Source: a virus
Lineage: Duplodnaviria > Caudoviricetes
Strand: one strand, 5' to 3'
Virus record (IMG/VR): IMGVR_UViG_645948442_000001
Coordinates: 64,001 to 128,000 of that record
DNA length: 64,000 nt
A model generated the notes under the pieces. That model was given only the letters and a program-made list of their open reading frames with translations, was not told the DNA's origin and ran no database searches. Positions within the stretch are counted from its first letter, which is position 1, and each line of letters starts with the position of its first letter. The translations under genes were made by a program, and so were the position numbers. This document shows positions 29,013 to 41,310 of this stretch, piece by piece.

Positions 29013-29578
29013 ACCGTTCCGTACAAGACATCCTCTGGAGCATGCAGAATTCCAGCATGCGCAACTACGCAGGCATACCCGGTCTGAGCAGCCATCTACT
29101 CGGAGCAGGCGAGGGCAACAACGGCACCGTGCGCATGTTCTCCAATGCTCGTAATCACCCTGAGTTCCTGATCCCGCACAGCCACCGCTACGACTTCGCA
29201 TGTCTGGTGCTGAAGGGTAGCGTGACCAACATTCTGTACGTTCCTCTATCGGTGGGGACGGCTGAATCCGACGCCTGGTCCATCATGAAGCAGAAGTACA
29301 AGGGCTCGGCCGGTGAATACGACATGGAAGACACGGGCAAGTGGGCGTACTACAACACCGTGGAACAGCGCCACGGCGAAGGTGAGTGGTACACCATGAC
29401 CAAGGATCAAATCCACAGCATCAAGTTCAGCAAGGGTGCCCAGGTGCTGTTCTTCCAAGGCCCCAACATGTCCGACGAGACGATTGTCCTGCAGCCCCGC
29501 ATCGGCTCCGTGACCGTCCCAACATTCCACGTCGCGCCATGGATGTTCAAGCGTGACGGCGAACCCACACAAGATTGA
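29009..29578 (+). CDS. Cupin-fold protein
   Basis: PHSHRYDF..LVLKG...IHSI cupin-like metal motif. Confidence 0.6.
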   Translation: MNRSVQDILWSMQNSSMRNYAGIPGLSSHLLGAGEGNNGTVRMFSNARNHPEFLIPHSHRYDFACLVLKGSVTNILYVPLSVGTAESDAWSIMKQKYKGSAGEYDMEDTGKWAYYNTVEQRHGEGEWYTMTKDQIHSIKFSKGAQVLFFQGPNMSDETIVLQPRIGSVTVPTFHVAPWMFKRDGEPTQD

Positions 29579-29590
29579 TAGGAGCAAGCA

Positions 29591-30163
29591 ATGATCGACA
29601 TCAGCAAGAATCCCTTCCGCTACCACAACAAGACGCAGGTGCGTCGCGCCATGTCCAATTTCCAGAAGGTCATGGACCAACTGAGCAACGGCCATGCGCC
29701 CCAGGTCTATGTAGGCGGCCACAAAGCCACCCACGGCGGCATCTGCTCGGCCTGCAGCCTCGGCGGGCCCAACATACCTTTGCCCAAGTGGGAGGGTTGG
29801 GTGGAATACTCTGGCTCCAGGGTGTTCCCCGTCCCAGCGCATCAATTGACGGCGGAGGAGGTCATGAAGGCGGCCAGCCATCTGCGCCGGGGCATCTACG
29901 ACGATGAGCAAAGCAAGGCCGCGTTCATCAAGGATTGGAACGGCTACAACCACAGGGCCAAAGCGGGGGCGGCTTATGGGCTCTATCACAGAAACTCCTG
30001 GGACAAGGACAACTCATACGGCGCGGCCCGTCTGCGCCTGTTCTCGTGGCTGTACTACATGCTGGTCAAGATGCATGCTCACTACCACACCAAGGACAAG
30101 GGCATCGACTTCAAGCACAAGTGGCTGAAGGATGACTCCATTGGCGAGGAGTTCAAGACTTGA
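29591..30163 (+). CDS. Hypothetical protein, SG.xFPVP paralog family
   Basis: GIC...WVEYSGSRVFPVP...W...SYGAARLRLFSWL. Confidence 0.7.
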   Translation: MIDISKNPFRYHNKTQVRRAMSNFQKVMDQLSNGHAPQVYVGGHKATHGGICSACSLGGPNIPLPKWEGWVEYSGSRVFPVPAHQLTAEEVMKAASHLRRGIYDDEQSKAAFIKDWNGYNHRAKAGAAYGLYHRNSWDKDNSYGAARLRLFSWLYYMLVKMHAHYHTKDKGIDFKHKWLKDDSIGEEFKT

Positions 30164-30672
30164 ACACCGTAGCCATGGTCATCGCTCTGGAGGAAGAGGG
30201 CGATGACGAATGCAATGCTCAATGTGCTGAAGTGTTCAGCACAATCATCCTGGTGGCCTGTTTCTCTGTCGCTGTCGGGTTTATCTGCGGTCTGTATCGT
30301 AGCTGGAGGGGTTGATGAAAGAGGATGTGATCAACATCAAGTTGGAGGCCAGGATCAGGAAGGTTCTGATTCTGTACGAGGAGCTGATGGACATGGCCAG
30401 GGAAGGTTCCATCGCCCCGGGCGCCATCAAGGTCAAGAGCATGCGGGCTGGTTCCTTCCTCATGGAGATGGTGGGCTCCAGCCGTGAGCAGGACAAGATG
30501 TGGAGCGACTTGATCGAAATCTGGTGTCTCCAGAACAGCAGGCGCAAGGAGTGGGATGGCGACCACCCCTTCAACGCCAGCAGACAAGAGGCCATCGCCG
30601 AGCATCAGGGTGGCACACTCCACCTCAACAAGCTCTACGAATCGTTCATCGACTGGGCCATCAGGTATCTCC

Positions 30673-31050
30673 ATGCCCCATGATCCATTGTGCCTCGCGC
30701 CGATGGGCGGAGCTTGCGATTGCTGGCTGATCCCTGCTAGCAACGTCACCAAGGCCAAGGCCGAGGATGGCAGTGATGTGTACGTGGTCAAACGGGACGG
30801 CCGCAAGCCGCATCCTGGTGATGGCCCCATGTTCATCAAGCCCAGGGTCGTCAGCGGCCCAAAGACCTATCGCACTGAATGCGGTCACTGCGGTTCAGTG
30901 GTCGACTACAACCTGACCATGATGCAAGTCACCCGGTTGGGTACGTCAAGGGATGGCCCCGTCCATCGCCCCATCATGCCTTGTCCCGTTTGCGGTACAA
31001 GGATCACCCACTATCACAACCTGGCCAAGGAGGCCCCAAAGGAAGCATGA
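30673..31050 (+). CDS. Zinc-ribbon protein
   Basis: ECGHCG...CPVCG. Confidence 0.6.
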   Translation: MPHDPLCLAPMGGACDCWLIPASNVTKAKAEDGSDVYVVKRDGRKPHPGDGPMFIKPRVVSGPKTYRTECGHCGSVVDYNLTMMQVTRLGTSRDGPVHRPIMPCPVCGTRITHYHNLAKEAPKEA

Positions 31051-31688
31051 CAGAAGCAACGAAGACATTTGAGCCCAGCAACTTCCTCCAGAGCGAGGAG
31101 GAGATTCAAGCCTGGCTCGATGAAATGAGCATGGAGGCAGCCAAAGCCCGAGCGCGCCTGGCCGCCAAAGCAGAAGCCCCTGATGTGGTGCACACCCTGC
31201 GGCTCGATGAGATCGAGCTCGTTGAGGTGGTTGAACTCTGTACCGGCCACGCCCCAAGCATCAATGACATCCGTGAGGTGGGTTACGACCACCGACTCGG
31301 CACCGTCACCATCTTCATCAAGCACGGCCCTGACGGCGTGGGCCCCATCAAGATCCAGTACGGCATTCCTCGCGAGATCGTTGATCTCGACGCCGGCAAG
31401 CGCCTCAAGGCCGCGCGCATCTGGGCTGCTGAACAAGACCTGGCGGCTGCCTTGCTCGAGAGGGATGAGATCGAGAAGGAAATCACCTACGCCAAGCAAT
31501 GCCTGGCTGCGGCGAAGGAAATGCCTGATGGCTATCAGTGAGACAAAGCTGATCATCTTCGAGCAGGCGCTCGGTTTCTATCTGTGGTCCTTCGCATCGA
31601 ACACCCAACATACCGATGAGTTCCGCATCAAGCATCAACGTGAATCGGCCGCAGCGTATGCCTCGGCCAGAAAGAAAATGGGCATTGA

Positions 31689-32807
31689 ATGAGCAAGTTC
31701 ATCAAGTACAACGACACCAAGCAGTTCCGTGACATCAACTCCCATGTCCGCAACTGGTCCAACCACCATGGCGCCAAGCCGCCTGTGCTGATCTTCAGCG
31801 CCACCGTCAAGCTGCATGGCACCAACGCCTCGGTCATCTTCAGCGGTGAGCAGTGTGAGTACCACTACTGCCAATCTCGCAACCGTGTGCTGACTCCCGC
31901 CTCGGACAACGCAGGCTTCGCCGCATTCGTCGAGGGCACAGCCCTGGAGGAACTGCGGGCCATCGCTCTGGAAGTGCGCAAGGATCACCCCGGCAGCACA
32001 CCCATTCAAATCTACGGCGAGTGGGCAGGCCCTGGTGTGCAGCCAGGAGACACGGCGATCCAGAGCATCCCCCACAAGATGTTCTTCGTGTTCTCCATCC
32101 GGGTGGCCGACGGCAACGAGGAGCACAACTGGCTGCGCCCGACCAAGTACATGGACATGACCCAAGACCTCATGTTCGAGGACGACCGTCAGCGTGTGCG
32201 CAACCTGGAAGGCATGTCCTGGTCTGTGGACATCGACTTCAACGCCCCGGGCGAGGCCGTCAACTGGATCACCAAGCTGGTCGAAGAGGTAGAGAACCGC
32301 TGCCCCGTGGGCGTCCAGCTGTGCGAGAACTGGGGCATCGAGCCTCGCACCAAGCTGGGTGAAGGTCTGGTGTGGCGTTGCATCGGCTACGTGGATGCCA
32401 ATGGCGATCGCCACTACGTGGATGAGTACAACCACAACGGCGCCACCTACGACCTGCGCCAGCTGTTCTTCAAGACCAAGGGCGAGAAGCACAGCGTGAC
32501 CAAGGTCAAGGTGCTGGTCCCCGTGGACCTGGAGAAGCAGAAGTGTCTCCAGGACTTCATCGAGTACGCGGTGACTGAGAACCGCATGCGGCAGGGTCTG
32601 GTCGAGCTGGCTTCCATGGGCAAGGAGCTCAAGCGTGAGCACACTGGCGACTTCGTTCGCTGGGTCCACGGCGATGTGGTGAAGGAAGAACTGGCCACCC
32701 TGGTCGCCTCCAATCTGGAACCCAAGCAGATCGGCGGGCCGCTGGCTCAAGTGGCCAAGCGTTTCTACCTGGCTCAAGTGGAAGAGGCTGCTGCGGTCCC
32801 GGCATAA
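31689..32807 (+). CDS. RNA ligase, Rnl2 family
   Basis: KLHGTN (motif I), SRNR, IYGEWAG, GEGLVW and FKTKG motifs. Confidence 0.88.
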   Translation: MSKFIKYNDTKQFRDINSHVRNWSNHHGAKPPVLIFSATVKLHGTNASVIFSGEQCEYHYCQSRNRVLTPASDNAGFAAFVEGTALEELRAIALEVRKDHPGSTPIQIYGEWAGPGVQPGDTAIQSIPHKMFFVFSIRVADGNEEHNWLRPTKYMDMTQDLMFEDDRQRVRNLEGMSWSVDIDFNAPGEAVNWITKLVEEVENRCPVGVQLCENWGIEPRTKLGEGLVWRCIGYVDANGDRHYVDEYNHNGATYDLRQLFFKTKGEKHSVTKVKVLVPVDLEKQKCLQDFIEYAVTENRMRQGLVELASMGKELKREHTGDFVRWVHGDVVKEELATLVASNLEPKQIGGPLAQVAKRFYLAQVEEAAAVPA

Positions 32808-33855
32808 CCACTCGGCGCGGTTGGGCATAGGTTGAGCCTCAAAATTCAACCTATAATTCGTTCACCCTCAACAAACACCGCATGGTGATCAAATGTCCCA
32901 AGCTCAATCGCAAAACCCCTTCGTCCTCATCCTGCAGCACCTGCTGTCCCCCGAGGACATCAACGAGTACGGTCACATCGTGACGGGGCGCAGCAGCTGC
33001 TTTCACTCCATCGCAGGTGCGGTGTACAAGCTGGAAGCCACAGGCGCCCTCAAGGGCATCGACATCACCCTGATGCATGCCATGATCACCACCGCACGCC
33101 CCAAGGGCTGCGAGGAGGGCATCGAAGACCGGATTGAAATCCAGCGCCTGCGCGTCGAGACCGTCCGCATGCTGGCCATCGCATGGAAACACTGACATGT
33201 ATCAACTCCACATCGCAATCTACGCCACCCTGTACTCCCGAGAGCCCAGTCAAGCCAACTCCAGCCAGCAGGCTTTGTCCTTCGAAACCGAAGCGCAGGC
33301 TGAGAAGGCTTTGGACCATCTGAGCAAGTCCTACCTGGCCGAAGGCTACACCCGCAGCATCACGAGGCTCTATGACCCCAGCTGAGCAGGATGAAGTCAC
33401 CAGGATGCTGCTCGAACTGAACAGCATCCGGCCTGGGTTGTACCAGGCCATGCGCAAACAGGCTCCCCAGGCGGAGCCTGTTGTCAATGGTTGGACCAAG
33501 TTCCGTGACTGGTTCTTCGGTCCGCCAGCGCCAGCTCCTGAGTTGCCCAAGTGGCGGCCTGTGTACGGCGGCGACAAAGGCTGGATCCATGTCGAGGAGA
33601 CCGAGGATGGCAAGCGCATCTCGTTCGCCTCGCACAAGGAGCACCACCAACGCCACTCTATGGATCGCAGCATGTACATCTTCACGATCAAGCCTGATCT
33701 GGAGGTGAACACCTATAGTGAATCGGTGATTCGCATGTGGATAGTGTGGTCCAGATATGAATGGCATCACACCCACAACCAGGAAGGTTGGGAGAAGTTC
33801 AAGGAGTCGGTGAAGTTCACCCTTGACAGTTTGCAACACGTCATTGAAAGGCAAA

Positions 33856-34026
33856 ATGAGCAGGACCAAACGAGGCAGTAAGGGTTCGGGCTACGACTAC
33901 GGGTCGCCACGCCCATTCAACAAGGGCTACTCCACCAGCCCATCGAAGGACAACACCATGGTGAAGCGTCGGGTGGCAAAGGCCGAGCGACAGCAAGGCA
34001 AACAGCAAGCGAAGGAGGAGCAGTGA
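33856..34026 (+). CDS. Small basic protein (MSRT...GYDY type)
   Basis: Lys/Arg-rich 56-aa protein, coupled to its neighbours. Confidence 0.6.
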   Translation: MSRTKRGSKGSGYDYGSPRPFNKGYSTSPSKDNTMVKRRVAKAERQQGKQQAKEEQ

Positions 34027-34779
34027 GCGAAGCACAAATCGCAGATGACGAGGCTGCGAGGCTGAGCACCCAGCCAGAGATTGATGAGGACTTGACGCCG
34101 CGCGCCAGGCACATCAACACCATCATGCGTCTGGTGGACATGGGTCACTGGCCCGAGCAAGGACACAACATCGGAGACCTGGGCGGGGAGGATCGCACCT
34201 GGCTGTTCGCGAACCTGTACCTGAGAGGGTACACAGCCAGGTACAGTCACCACATCCAGCACTACCGCATGATCCATGTGAAGGTGTCGGATGAAGGCTC
34301 CAACAGCCAGTGGCACAAATCCAAACGATTGGGGGCTGGATGACGTGTACAGACGCTACTACATCCGTTGTCCAATCTGTGGATGGGTCAAAGGTCACGA
34401 CTACGGGTGCCCAAGGGATCCCCTTGTACGCAGTGCTGGTGGACAGGGCAGTTGTGGCCCAGGCCAGCATCGACCGACTGGCCAAGTCCAATCTGCTTGA
34501 GCGTTTCATCAGGATCGAGGCGCTCAAGGAGCAGGTCAAGGAATACGAGACGCAACCACTCAAGCGGTACCACTACCATGTGTCTGGCAGCACAGGGGCA
34601 GAGGCATATCTGTACCATGCCAGCCAGGTCAGGCGCATCATGGGTCGCTACCCTCGCGGGGCCGCCCAGGCTGTGCTGGCCAATCTTCCTCCCTTCCCGG
34701 TGAAGTGATCAAAGCCCCTTCTAAGCGAAGGGGCTTTTGTTTTCAGGCTATAATGAGCATCCTTTCAACCAACATGTGA

Positions 34780-35352
34780 ATGAACATGAACCAATACCAG
34801 CGCCACTCTGAAATCGGCAACTACACTGTGTTCGAGGCTATGCGGGAGGGCATCAAGCGCCTCAACATTGATCAAGACATCAGTTGCGGTTTGGTCAGTG
34901 TCCGCATGCGCACCTTCTACGAGCACGGTGTTGTGTGCGAGGGTTGCGGCCGCGTGGGTCAATTCTTCGCTGTCGAGCGCCCTCTGAACAGCACAGACCA
35001 TCGTCAGTGGCACCTGAACCTGTACGATGCCGAAGGCATGCTGATGACGCATGACCATGTGATCCCTCGTTCCAAGGGCGGCAAGGACAACACCGACAAC
35101 ACACAGACGATGTGCTATGAGTGCAACCAGCGCAAGGCCGACCGCATGCCGCATGAAGGTCTGGGCCCTGTGAGGGCGCCCAAGCAGCCTCGGGTCACGA
35201 TCAAGGATGCGGCCGCCCAGGTGGCCAAGGAAGTCGCAGAACGGAATGCGGCCTGGGCGGGCATAGGCGTCTCTGATGTCTGCGATGTGTGGAATCGCAT
35301 GAACAAGATTCTGGGCAAATCCCAGGCCGACGCACCTGTGGTCAGCGATTGA
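34780..35352 (+). CDS. HNH endonuclease
   Basis: CEGCG...THDHVIPRSKGGKDNTDNTQTMCYECNQRK. Confidence 0.88.
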   Translation: MNMNQYQRHSEIGNYTVFEAMREGIKRLNIDQDISCGLVSVRMRTFYEHGVVCEGCGRVGQFFAVERPLNSTDHRQWHLNLYDAEGMLMTHDHVIPRSKGGKDNTDNTQTMCYECNQRKADRMPHEGLGPVRAPKQPRVTIKDAAAQVAKEVAERNAAWAGIGVSDVCDVWNRMNKILGKSQADAPVVSD

Positions 35353-35981
35353 CTTCAGGTCCATTTTCAGCCCACCCGATACAAAGCCCCCGCAAGTCGT
35401 AGGGGCTTTCTTGGTGAACATTTTCAAGCTATAATAGGGGCTCCTCAACCAACACTTGATCCACATGTCCAGAACCACTCAACTTGCTGCTATCGCTCGG
35501 GTCATGAACTTGACCCCTCAGCAAGCGACATATCTGCCTGCTTGCGTGTCCGTCATCGCAAAGAAGATGAACATGCAGGAGCAGGCAGTGATCAACAAAC
35601 TGGAAGACTCCAAGGAGCTGCGCGACTACGTCAGAGCAGCAATCGAGCAATCTGAACACCATTAAGGAGAGGGGCTTCGGCCCCTTCGCCGACATGACCA
35701 CATACATCAACATCAAGAAGCCCAAGTTGCTCGCCTTCGGACAACTGGACCCTGGGGATCAGTTCATGATGTTCAACGTCCCACATCTGAAGCTCAAGAT
35801 ACAGGAGGCGCAGCGGTACAACTGCGTCGACTGCACCAACGGCATCGCCAAGACCGTGGGGGCTGGCCAATTGGTCCAGCCCATCAAAGAAGTCCACTAC
35901 AACGCAGAGGAAATCATCGAGTGAAATACAAAATATTGATCAACGTCGACCGCGCTGTCGAGAAACTCTACCCCGCCTACG

Positions 35982-36473
35982 ATGACTGAAGCAGCCCAAC
36001 ACCCAACGCCGCCAGGCTGGAACCCGATGGACACAGCACCCAAGGATGGTCGCCTGCTCCGCCTGATGGTCATGTTCGAGGCCCACGCGACCGAGGACGT
36101 TGACGGTCCAGCCCCGACCATCGGCCACAACAGCCTGACCCAGAACGACGATGACACCTGGTATTTCTCCGGTTGGTGCTGGGATCATGACCATTGGACC
36201 GAGGGCGTCGGTGTTCCAGTGGGCTGGCTGCCGTACCAGACATCGCCCATCAGCATGTTGCCCAAGCATCAGGGCGGTGGCGAGGCCCATCTGGGTTTCG
36301 TCAACGGCTGGAACCTGGCAGTCATGCAGGTGAACCAGGACATCACAGAACGCAAACCCGTGGCCTGGCGCGGCGTGAACGTTGACGGCGAATACATGTA
36401 CTATGATGAGTTCCCCAAGGAGCTCACCGAAGAACAGCAACGCCAAATCCACCTCCGGGCACTCTACGAATAG
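35982..36473 (+). CDS. DUF551-like domain protein
   Basis: GWNPMDTAPKDG...PVGWLP. Confidence 0.6.
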   Translation: MTEAAQHPTPPGWNPMDTAPKDGRLLRLMVMFEAHATEDVDGPAPTIGHNSLTQNDDDTWYFSGWCWDHDHWTEGVGVPVGWLPYQTSPISMLPKHQGGGEAHLGFVNGWNLAVMQVNQDITERKPVAWRGVNVDGEYMYYDEFPKELTEEQQRQIHLRALYE

Positions 36474-37029
36474 GAGCAATCGATGAGCAACAAGAAATCC
36501 ACATACTACCATCACCACAACCCAACGGCCAAGGAGATGGAATCCTTCGCCGACATCACAGAAGGGCAGATGTTCTATGTGGGCGTGATCGGGCCGTACC
36601 TCAAGGTGGACCCCAACGTCATGAGCGTTTGTGAGTTGGGGAGCGAGACCCGCTACAACGCCATCCAGTGCATGTCCTCGGCAGGTGCGGTGTTCCCTCC
36701 CGAGACCAAGGTCAATATCGTGACCGACGTCACTTCGGTCACCAAGTTCCCGAGAGGATGACTGTCATCCTCAAGGGCAATGGTCATGTGGAGGTGGTTG
36801 AGACGCCCAATCCGCAGGCTGACCACTACCGGGATGCGATAGCCAGAGCCTGTGAAGGTTGGACGTTGCCTCCTGACCTCCGCAAGATGCTGGAGACGGC
36901 CCTGTGGAATCCACCCCCACCAACCATCCAGACCATCGCATGAACAAAGCCCCTTCCCCGTGAAGGGGCTTTTACTTTTGGGTAGATCAAGCTATACTCT
37001 TCCCATCACCAACCAACTGAGCAAATCAG

Positions 37030-38298
37030 ATGAACATCACCACTGACAACTTCCACATCATCCGAGACGAACTGCACAAGATGCTGCAAGGCAAGAAGAA
37101 GAACAACAGTCGTCAATGGCGCCGCACCTGGGCTCGTCTGGCTCCTATGGGGTTTGTTCGCATCATCTTCGGCTCCGGCAACGAGCTGACCCGCACCCGC
37201 ATGGCCCAGCTGGAGCAGCTGTCCAAGGAGCTGGTGTGTCTGATAGACACAGAATCCATCTACGGATCGGGCTTCAAGCATGACGGTCTGGTGATCGAGA
37301 AGAAGAAATTCCAGTGCTACATCACATTCCCCATCCCCGAAGGAGAAGTCAGCCTGCGGGCACAAAAGATCACAGCTCGGTGCCTGCTCAACGTTTTGGC
37401 CGACCTCAACCTGTACCGTGAGCCTGACTGGGATGCGCGTATCCTGGCCTTCGCCAAGACGCTGTCCGAGCGTAAGGCGTACAAGAAGCAGGTTGCCGCC
37501 AGATTGGCTACCAGACTGCAGGCATTCTATTGATCGGTTGCCCCTCAACAAAGCCCCTGCTAACCGTAGGGGCTTTCGTTTATCAAGTTTTCAGCTATAA
37601 TAAATCCATCTCAACCAAGACAGACTGGAAACTCAAATGGCCTCCTACATCAACGAAATGGACAAGATCGCTCGCACTCTGACGCTGGACATCAGCCGCG
37701 CTCAAGCGTTGGCCCTGACTCGCATAGCCGGTCTGCTCAAGCAATCCAGCAACCTGGAAAACATCCGCGCGGAACACGACCAGATCATCAAGGACATGAA
37801 CACGCAGGTGACTGACCTGTGCTCCGCAGCAGAACGTGCTGAGGCGGCGATCAACGCCCGCTTCCCCAGCGAGGGTTGATGAACCAAAGCCCCTGCTAAC
37901 CGTAGGGGCTTTGCTTGATCAAGATTCTCAAGTATAATAAACTCATCGCAAACAAGACATCACTGGAGATCGCCATGAACACCTACCTGATCAATGAAGA
38001 CAAGGCCCCCATCGCCGACAAGGCTTGGAAGATCACAGGCCCCAAGTGGGTGTCTCGTCACGGCAAACAGATGACCAGCCAACTGTTCTCCATCGGGCGA
38101 GTCAACGGCTCTGAACCGAAGCAGTACGGTTGGCAACTGGTGATCCGTGAAGAGGGTCAAGTGTACATCATCGTTGAGATGTTTGTGAACACCAGTCAAC
38201 CCACGCACTGCCAGACCATGACCGAGGCCCTGTGGACCCTGCGCGAAATCCTGGCGAGCGAGATTCGCAGCGACGTGCGTTCCACCAACAACCACTGA
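37030..38298 (+). other. Three single-gene cassettes (37030-37533, 37637-37879, 37975-38298)
   Basis: Each is preceded by a hairpin + TATA(A/C)T repeat. Confidence 0.7.
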
Positions 38299-38387
38299 AT
38301 TCCCCTACGGTACGCTTGGGTATAAAAATATCAAGCAAAAATCAACTATAATAAATCCACCTCAACCAAAACACACTGGAGTCCACC

Positions 38388-39041
38388 ATGACCAACGCTT
38401 ACCACACCGCACAACGCAAGGGCTTCACCAAGGGCTCGGCCAACACCTACAACTGCCGCATCTGCGGTCACCTGACACGCCCCACGGGCCGTGGTGACAA
38501 CGATGGTCTGCGCCTGTGTGAACTCTGCTACGAGCTGGCTGGTGAAGAGAACAGCTACAGCGACAACAAGGAGTTCTATGACACGCCCCAGAACGTGCTG
38601 AACATGATCGCTGGCGTGGCCAAGCAAGGCGGCGACGCAAGCCGCTGGGACGAAATGAAGGCTGACGCCGAGCGCCTGCTGGGCATCGCTTCCGTCAAGG
38701 TCGAGGCTGAGGCTGCTCCCGCCGCCCCCACCAACGATATCCCCGAGGCCGCCAAGGTTGCGGTCGAGCGTCTGCTGAAGCGTGCCACCGAGACCAAGGA
38801 ACCCTGCCGCACCTACGCAACCCAGGCCTCCTGCCTGATCGCCGCCAAGAAGATGGCCCAGGCCACAGCCAACCACTTCGCCCTGGACCAGTCCAAGGAT
38901 GCAGTGCCCGCTGACTTCTTCATGATGCTGATCCCCAACCTGAACCGCTGGACCTTCTGCATCCACCTGAGCGAAGTCATCAAGCGCGAGAGCAGCACTG
39001 GCGGCTTCCTGGGCTTCTGCTCGGACATCTACACCTACTGA
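38388..39041 (+). CDS. Hypothetical protein with N-terminal CxxC..CxxC zinc finger
   Basis: CRICG...LCELC, with ACTGGAG SD after TATAAT. Confidence 0.7.
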   Translation: MTNAYHTAQRKGFTKGSANTYNCRICGHLTRPTGRGDNDGLRLCELCYELAGEENSYSDNKEFYDTPQNVLNMIAGVAKQGGDASRWDEMKADAERLLGIASVKVEAEAAPAAPTNDIPEAAKVAVERLLKRATETKEPCRTYATQASCLIAAKKMAQATANHFALDQSKDAVPADFFMMLIPNLNRWTFCIHLSEVIKRESSTGGFLGFCSDIYTY

Positions 39042-39928
39042 TCCACATGGGGGCTTCGGCCCCCACACAAGGAGAGCACCATGGCCCAAAAGCCGACCAA
39101 GTCCGAGCTGGCATTCAGCGCATTGGCCGTGGTAGTGCTGTCTGCGAGTTTCGCTGGCTCGTACTACCAGGACACGCCAGAACACAAGGCCAAGAAAGCT
39201 CAGCACCAAGCAGATCAGCTGCGCCAGCAAACGATCTGTGTTCATGGTGTGTTGTTCATTGACCAGAAGGGCGTCAAGTCCCAAATCCTCTCGCCCGAAG
39301 GCAAGGGCCTACCATGCAAGGAGCATTGATACATGAAGATGTTCACACGACTGATCGAAGATGAAAGCAAGTGCACCTGTGACCCATACTTCTCCGCTGG
39401 ATGTGATTGCGGCGAAGGCGGTTGTGGATGCAGTTGCTGCGTCACCTGCAACATGTGCGAGCACTGCCGCGAAGAGAAGGACGATGAGAATCAAGTTCAG
39501 CCATGACCAACAGGATGTGCTAGGCTGGCGCCTGGCCATGTCCGACGAAATCCGACAGGTGTTCGAGGACACCAAGGGTCTGGAGCACCTGGCCCCTGAT
39601 GTGCTGGTACGAGCTGATGAGATGTACCGCCAGTTGAACAACTTCCTCTACATCGATGTCGAGCACTGCGACTTGGACATCGAGATACTGTGCGAGGCCC
39701 TCGCAGGCACCACTTGGCTGGCTCTGTTTGACCCGGCCAACGACACCCGCAACCACGCCAAGCGTTTCTCTGCGGCCAAGACCAGACTCAAGAACACATG
39801 GTTGGTGATCGCCAGGGCTTTTAACCTGCCTGAAGACCACATCATACTCCCGGAGTGCTGACCATTCCCCTACAGCCCGGTTGGTCAACCCGATCAGGTA
39901 TAATTGCCACACATACAAGGACTCACAC

Positions 39929-41310
39929 ATGACTCTCGACACAAACAAGACCATGACGCCAGACAGCGTCAAGCCAGCGGGCCGCATCACCCTCTCATTG
40001 CAGCCATACGACAGCACGTTGAAGGTGACCCACCCCAAGACCAAGGGCGTGTACTTCTGCCTGGTCACGGACGATGCAGGCAGCAGCAAATTCTACCAGA
40101 CTCTGCTGTGGGACAGCGGCAACTGGAGAATCCAGCGTTCGTTCGGGGCAATCGCTCACAGAACGGTCCTGGCCTGGTCGCCCATTGATGAGGAACCCAC
40201 GGCATGGGATGCCTTCATCCAACAGCAGATGGATGAGTGCCGCAAGCGCGAGCGACGCAACATCCTGTCCGAACAGATCGTCAACAAGCGTGCTGAGCTC
40301 AACGAGCTCGAGCAGGAACTCAACCAACTGAGGGGATAGAAATGAGTGGATTCATTCGTCAAGCCGGTCCAAGTGGTCAAATCGCAATCGGCAGCCTGGA
40401 ATGGCACCAGGCCTGGAAGTGGTTCATCGAAGCTACCAAAGCCGCAGGCTACACGGTCGTCGATGCCGGGATCGACGCAACCCACAGCGTGCTGGTCAAA
40501 GATGTGGAGCGACAAGCGCACCTGTTCAACGGCCAGACCATCATTCCACGCAGTCTGACCCGCTCGGACGACCAGATGTGGTTCAACTTCTCGCTGGGCT
40601 GTGGCGAGCATGCTGAGCCCAGGTACAACCCATTGGTCGATGTGTCCGGCGAGATCATGTTCAAGTCCCCGAACTGGGACACCATCTGGGGTGACTTCAT
40701 CTGGTTCACAGACTGCGGCATGAAGCTGGGTGGTCGCATCGAGAACATCCCTGCAGGCGCTGAGGTCCGTCGCCGCCTGGTGACCCAGGGTGATGACCTG
40801 TTCACCGCCATCAACGACCATCACCACTACAACGCAGTCATCAGGCCTTACAGCATCATGAGGTCTGAATTGGCAGCGGGCAAGATGCAACTCATCCTGA
40901 CCTACGTGATCGAGAGCGAAATCCCAGACCGCTCTCTGGATGTAGGTGTGAAGTTACACCACTACAACCATCTCTACCAGGATACTCGCCCCAAGAAGGC
41001 TGGCGACTACATCTGCTTGATCTCAGGCACAGGCCGCATCCACTGGCGCTTGCTTGCATGGGACGGTCACGATTGGAAGGGTGGACAGGGTGGTGACATC
41101 TACCCTGCCTCCTGGGTGATGGCCTATGGCCAGACAGACATCGTTGCGGACGAGGCCTGGAGGAAATTCAACGAGATGCGCAAGCGTGATTCCTTGGTGG
41201 CCGAGCAGCAACAGTTGACCAAGCAGATCGATGCTGCCCGGTTGTCCCTGGAGAATCTGATCAAGAAGCAGGCAGAGCTCAACCTCAGGATCGACGATGT
41301 TGACGGCTGA
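39929..41310 (+). other. Two paralogs with a PxxxGxYxC domain + coiled coil (39929-40339, 40342-41310)
   Basis: HPKTKGVYFCL and RPKKAGDYICL motifs, each followed by a W-rich segment and heptad tail. Confidence 0.7.
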
